From: Convolutriloba macropyga
Taxonomy: Eukaryota
Direction of reading: 5' to 3'
Length of the DNA: 64,000 nucleotides
Assembly: GCF_964194025.1 (NCBI RefSeq)
Contig: NC_134481.1
Location: forward strand, 46,252,001 to 46,316,000
Below are positions 62,560 through 64,000 of the stretch, piece by piece. The first letter of the stretch is position 1; the number at the start of each line of letters is the position of its first letter. The translations under genes were made by a program, and so were the position numbers. Below the pieces are notes generated by a model. The model saw only the letters and a program-made list of their open reading frames with translations. It was not told where the DNA came from and did not search any database.

Positions 62560-63100
62560 CTGGATGACTCTTAGAGTTCAAACTTATCGGATCCAATATC
62601 ACAAGGTCGTTTGCGTTATAGTTTGTCCAACCTTGCAAAAAGTTTTTGGTGCCGGTAATAGCGCTTATTTTGTTATTCGAATTTCCTGCGAAAGCCGGGT
62701 TATCCTGGCGTTTCTCTGGACACCTGGACTCTGTTCTCGTCTCGCGCTAACGACAGAGTGACCATGAGATCTTGTATCTTGTTCACATTGATCAGAAACC
62801 CCACATTCCACAAGTGTCGAATTCCTTTATCCCAATTCTTGAACCCTGTGTTTTGGTGCGCCCTCTAGGCGCAGGTGTCGTTTTTGGAATTGATACAGTA
62901 AACAGAAATTATCAGCACACGTCTATTCATAAAACGGCAAGTTATCAATGTTGCCCATAGTAAAGTAAACGTATTCTCAGAACTTTCTTGTGAACCATGA
63001 ACCTGTTCACACAGTGGAAAAACCGTATTGATAATTCGATCAGGATAGTACAAAAATGTAAACAGGAATTTGAATAGCCAGCTGAGTTGCTGCGAGTTTA
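62560..63100 (-). mobile_element. hAT-type (ZnF_TTF-containing) transposase remnant
   Basis: Minus-strand SWLFKF..FLYYPD...NTVFPLC and NTGFKNWDKGI resemble the TTF zinc-finger pattern W...F.WL.Y....D.VFC..C...GF.NWK. Confidence 0.5.
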
Positions 63101-64000
63101 TCTCGTTTAGAAGCAGAGTCGAGCCCCTCGTTGGTCGCTAATATATAGCGGTATCAAAGTAAAGGTGACAACGACTCTTTCGACTGTAAATTCAAACGTT
63201 TTTAGTATGCTATAACATTAAGGCAACTATAAGCAAGACTCAGGTTCAACAAACTGCTTCAAAGCCGGCGAATCTAGCAACATTTTTTTGGCAGGTCTCA
63301 GTCTAAGATCGATCACCGAGACTTTTTTGAAACGTAAAAATAATAAGCCAGTAGTAATAGCTAAGCAATACAGGGGGGGGGGGGGGGGGGTAAAAGGATG
63401 TACCTATGTATTAACATTAAGTACAGCCATTTTTCATCTAATTACCCAAAGATGTACCTAAAAAGAGAGTGAGAACAATAGACCTGTCATCTTATCATAA
63501 TTACCCAGGGGTAATTATCTTAATTACCCCCAGGGGAAATGCATCCAGTTTTCCACTTTAATGCACTTCAGCTAATCTTATCTACCTAACCTTTTTTTTC
63601 AAGAAAATAATTTTTTATCGGATAGATCCAGCAGGTGCACGAGCTTTTTGAATAAAAATGTATAATATGACATTTTCTTTTCTTTCCATTTGTTAGTTTT
63701 CGAAAAGAAACAGTTTTCATTTTTTTGAATATTCATGTTTAATTAAAGAGATTTTTTTTTGATAATATTTTTAATTTATTTAAAATATTTTTGATTGAAA
63801 AATGTCGTTTTTTACATAACGTTTTTGATGAGAAATGCATTATTTGATACTTTCTTTTTTTTCGATTTTTCCACCTTTTAGTATTTGAAGGTTCTTTAAA
63901 GCAATTATTATTTTTAAATTATTTTAAATACGAAAAAAGTTCAATTTAAATAAATAGTATTTGATTCAAAAATGCTGTTTTTTACATAATGTTTTCAACA

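Noticed and set aside
50530-63350. 50530-50700 and 63200-63350 as the LTR pair of the BEL element
   Set aside because: No TG...CA ends, PBS or PPT adjacency; the PPT-TGT junction at 50891 starts a different sequence.

Overview
AT-rich, repeat-rich eukaryotic (invertebrate metazoan-type) genomic DNA with spliceosomal GT-AG introns; the species cannot be fixed from sequence alone. The first ~46 kb carries seven protein-coding genes, all on the + strand: an unknown single-pass membrane protein, UQCR11/QCR10, phosphorylase kinase alpha (5 coding exons, 1173 aa), a disordered Q/S/N-rich protein with one helix weakly resembling Mastermind, an F-box protein, SLC10A7, and an LLPH-like gene whose last exon is tandemly duplicated. 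Several neighbours are only ~0.4-1 kb apart and most genes start just after a TTTCAG/TTTTAG acceptor, often with no evident partner donor. This suggests an operon-like, trans-spliced cluster (inference). Introns and the last 18 kb are full of mobile DNA: two Helentron/HINE-like families, fold-back elements, tRNA-derived SINE-like sequence, LINE RT remnants, GG-ended 8-bp-TSD (Merlin-like) MITEs clustered around an intact tRNA-Cys gene, a hAT transposase remnant and an internally deleted BEL/Pao LTR retrotransposon. The BEL/Pao 5' region is triplicated and carries a ~160-nt-period array of a 39-nt RNA hairpin. All identifications were made by eye from recalled motifs, and repeat boundaries are approximate.
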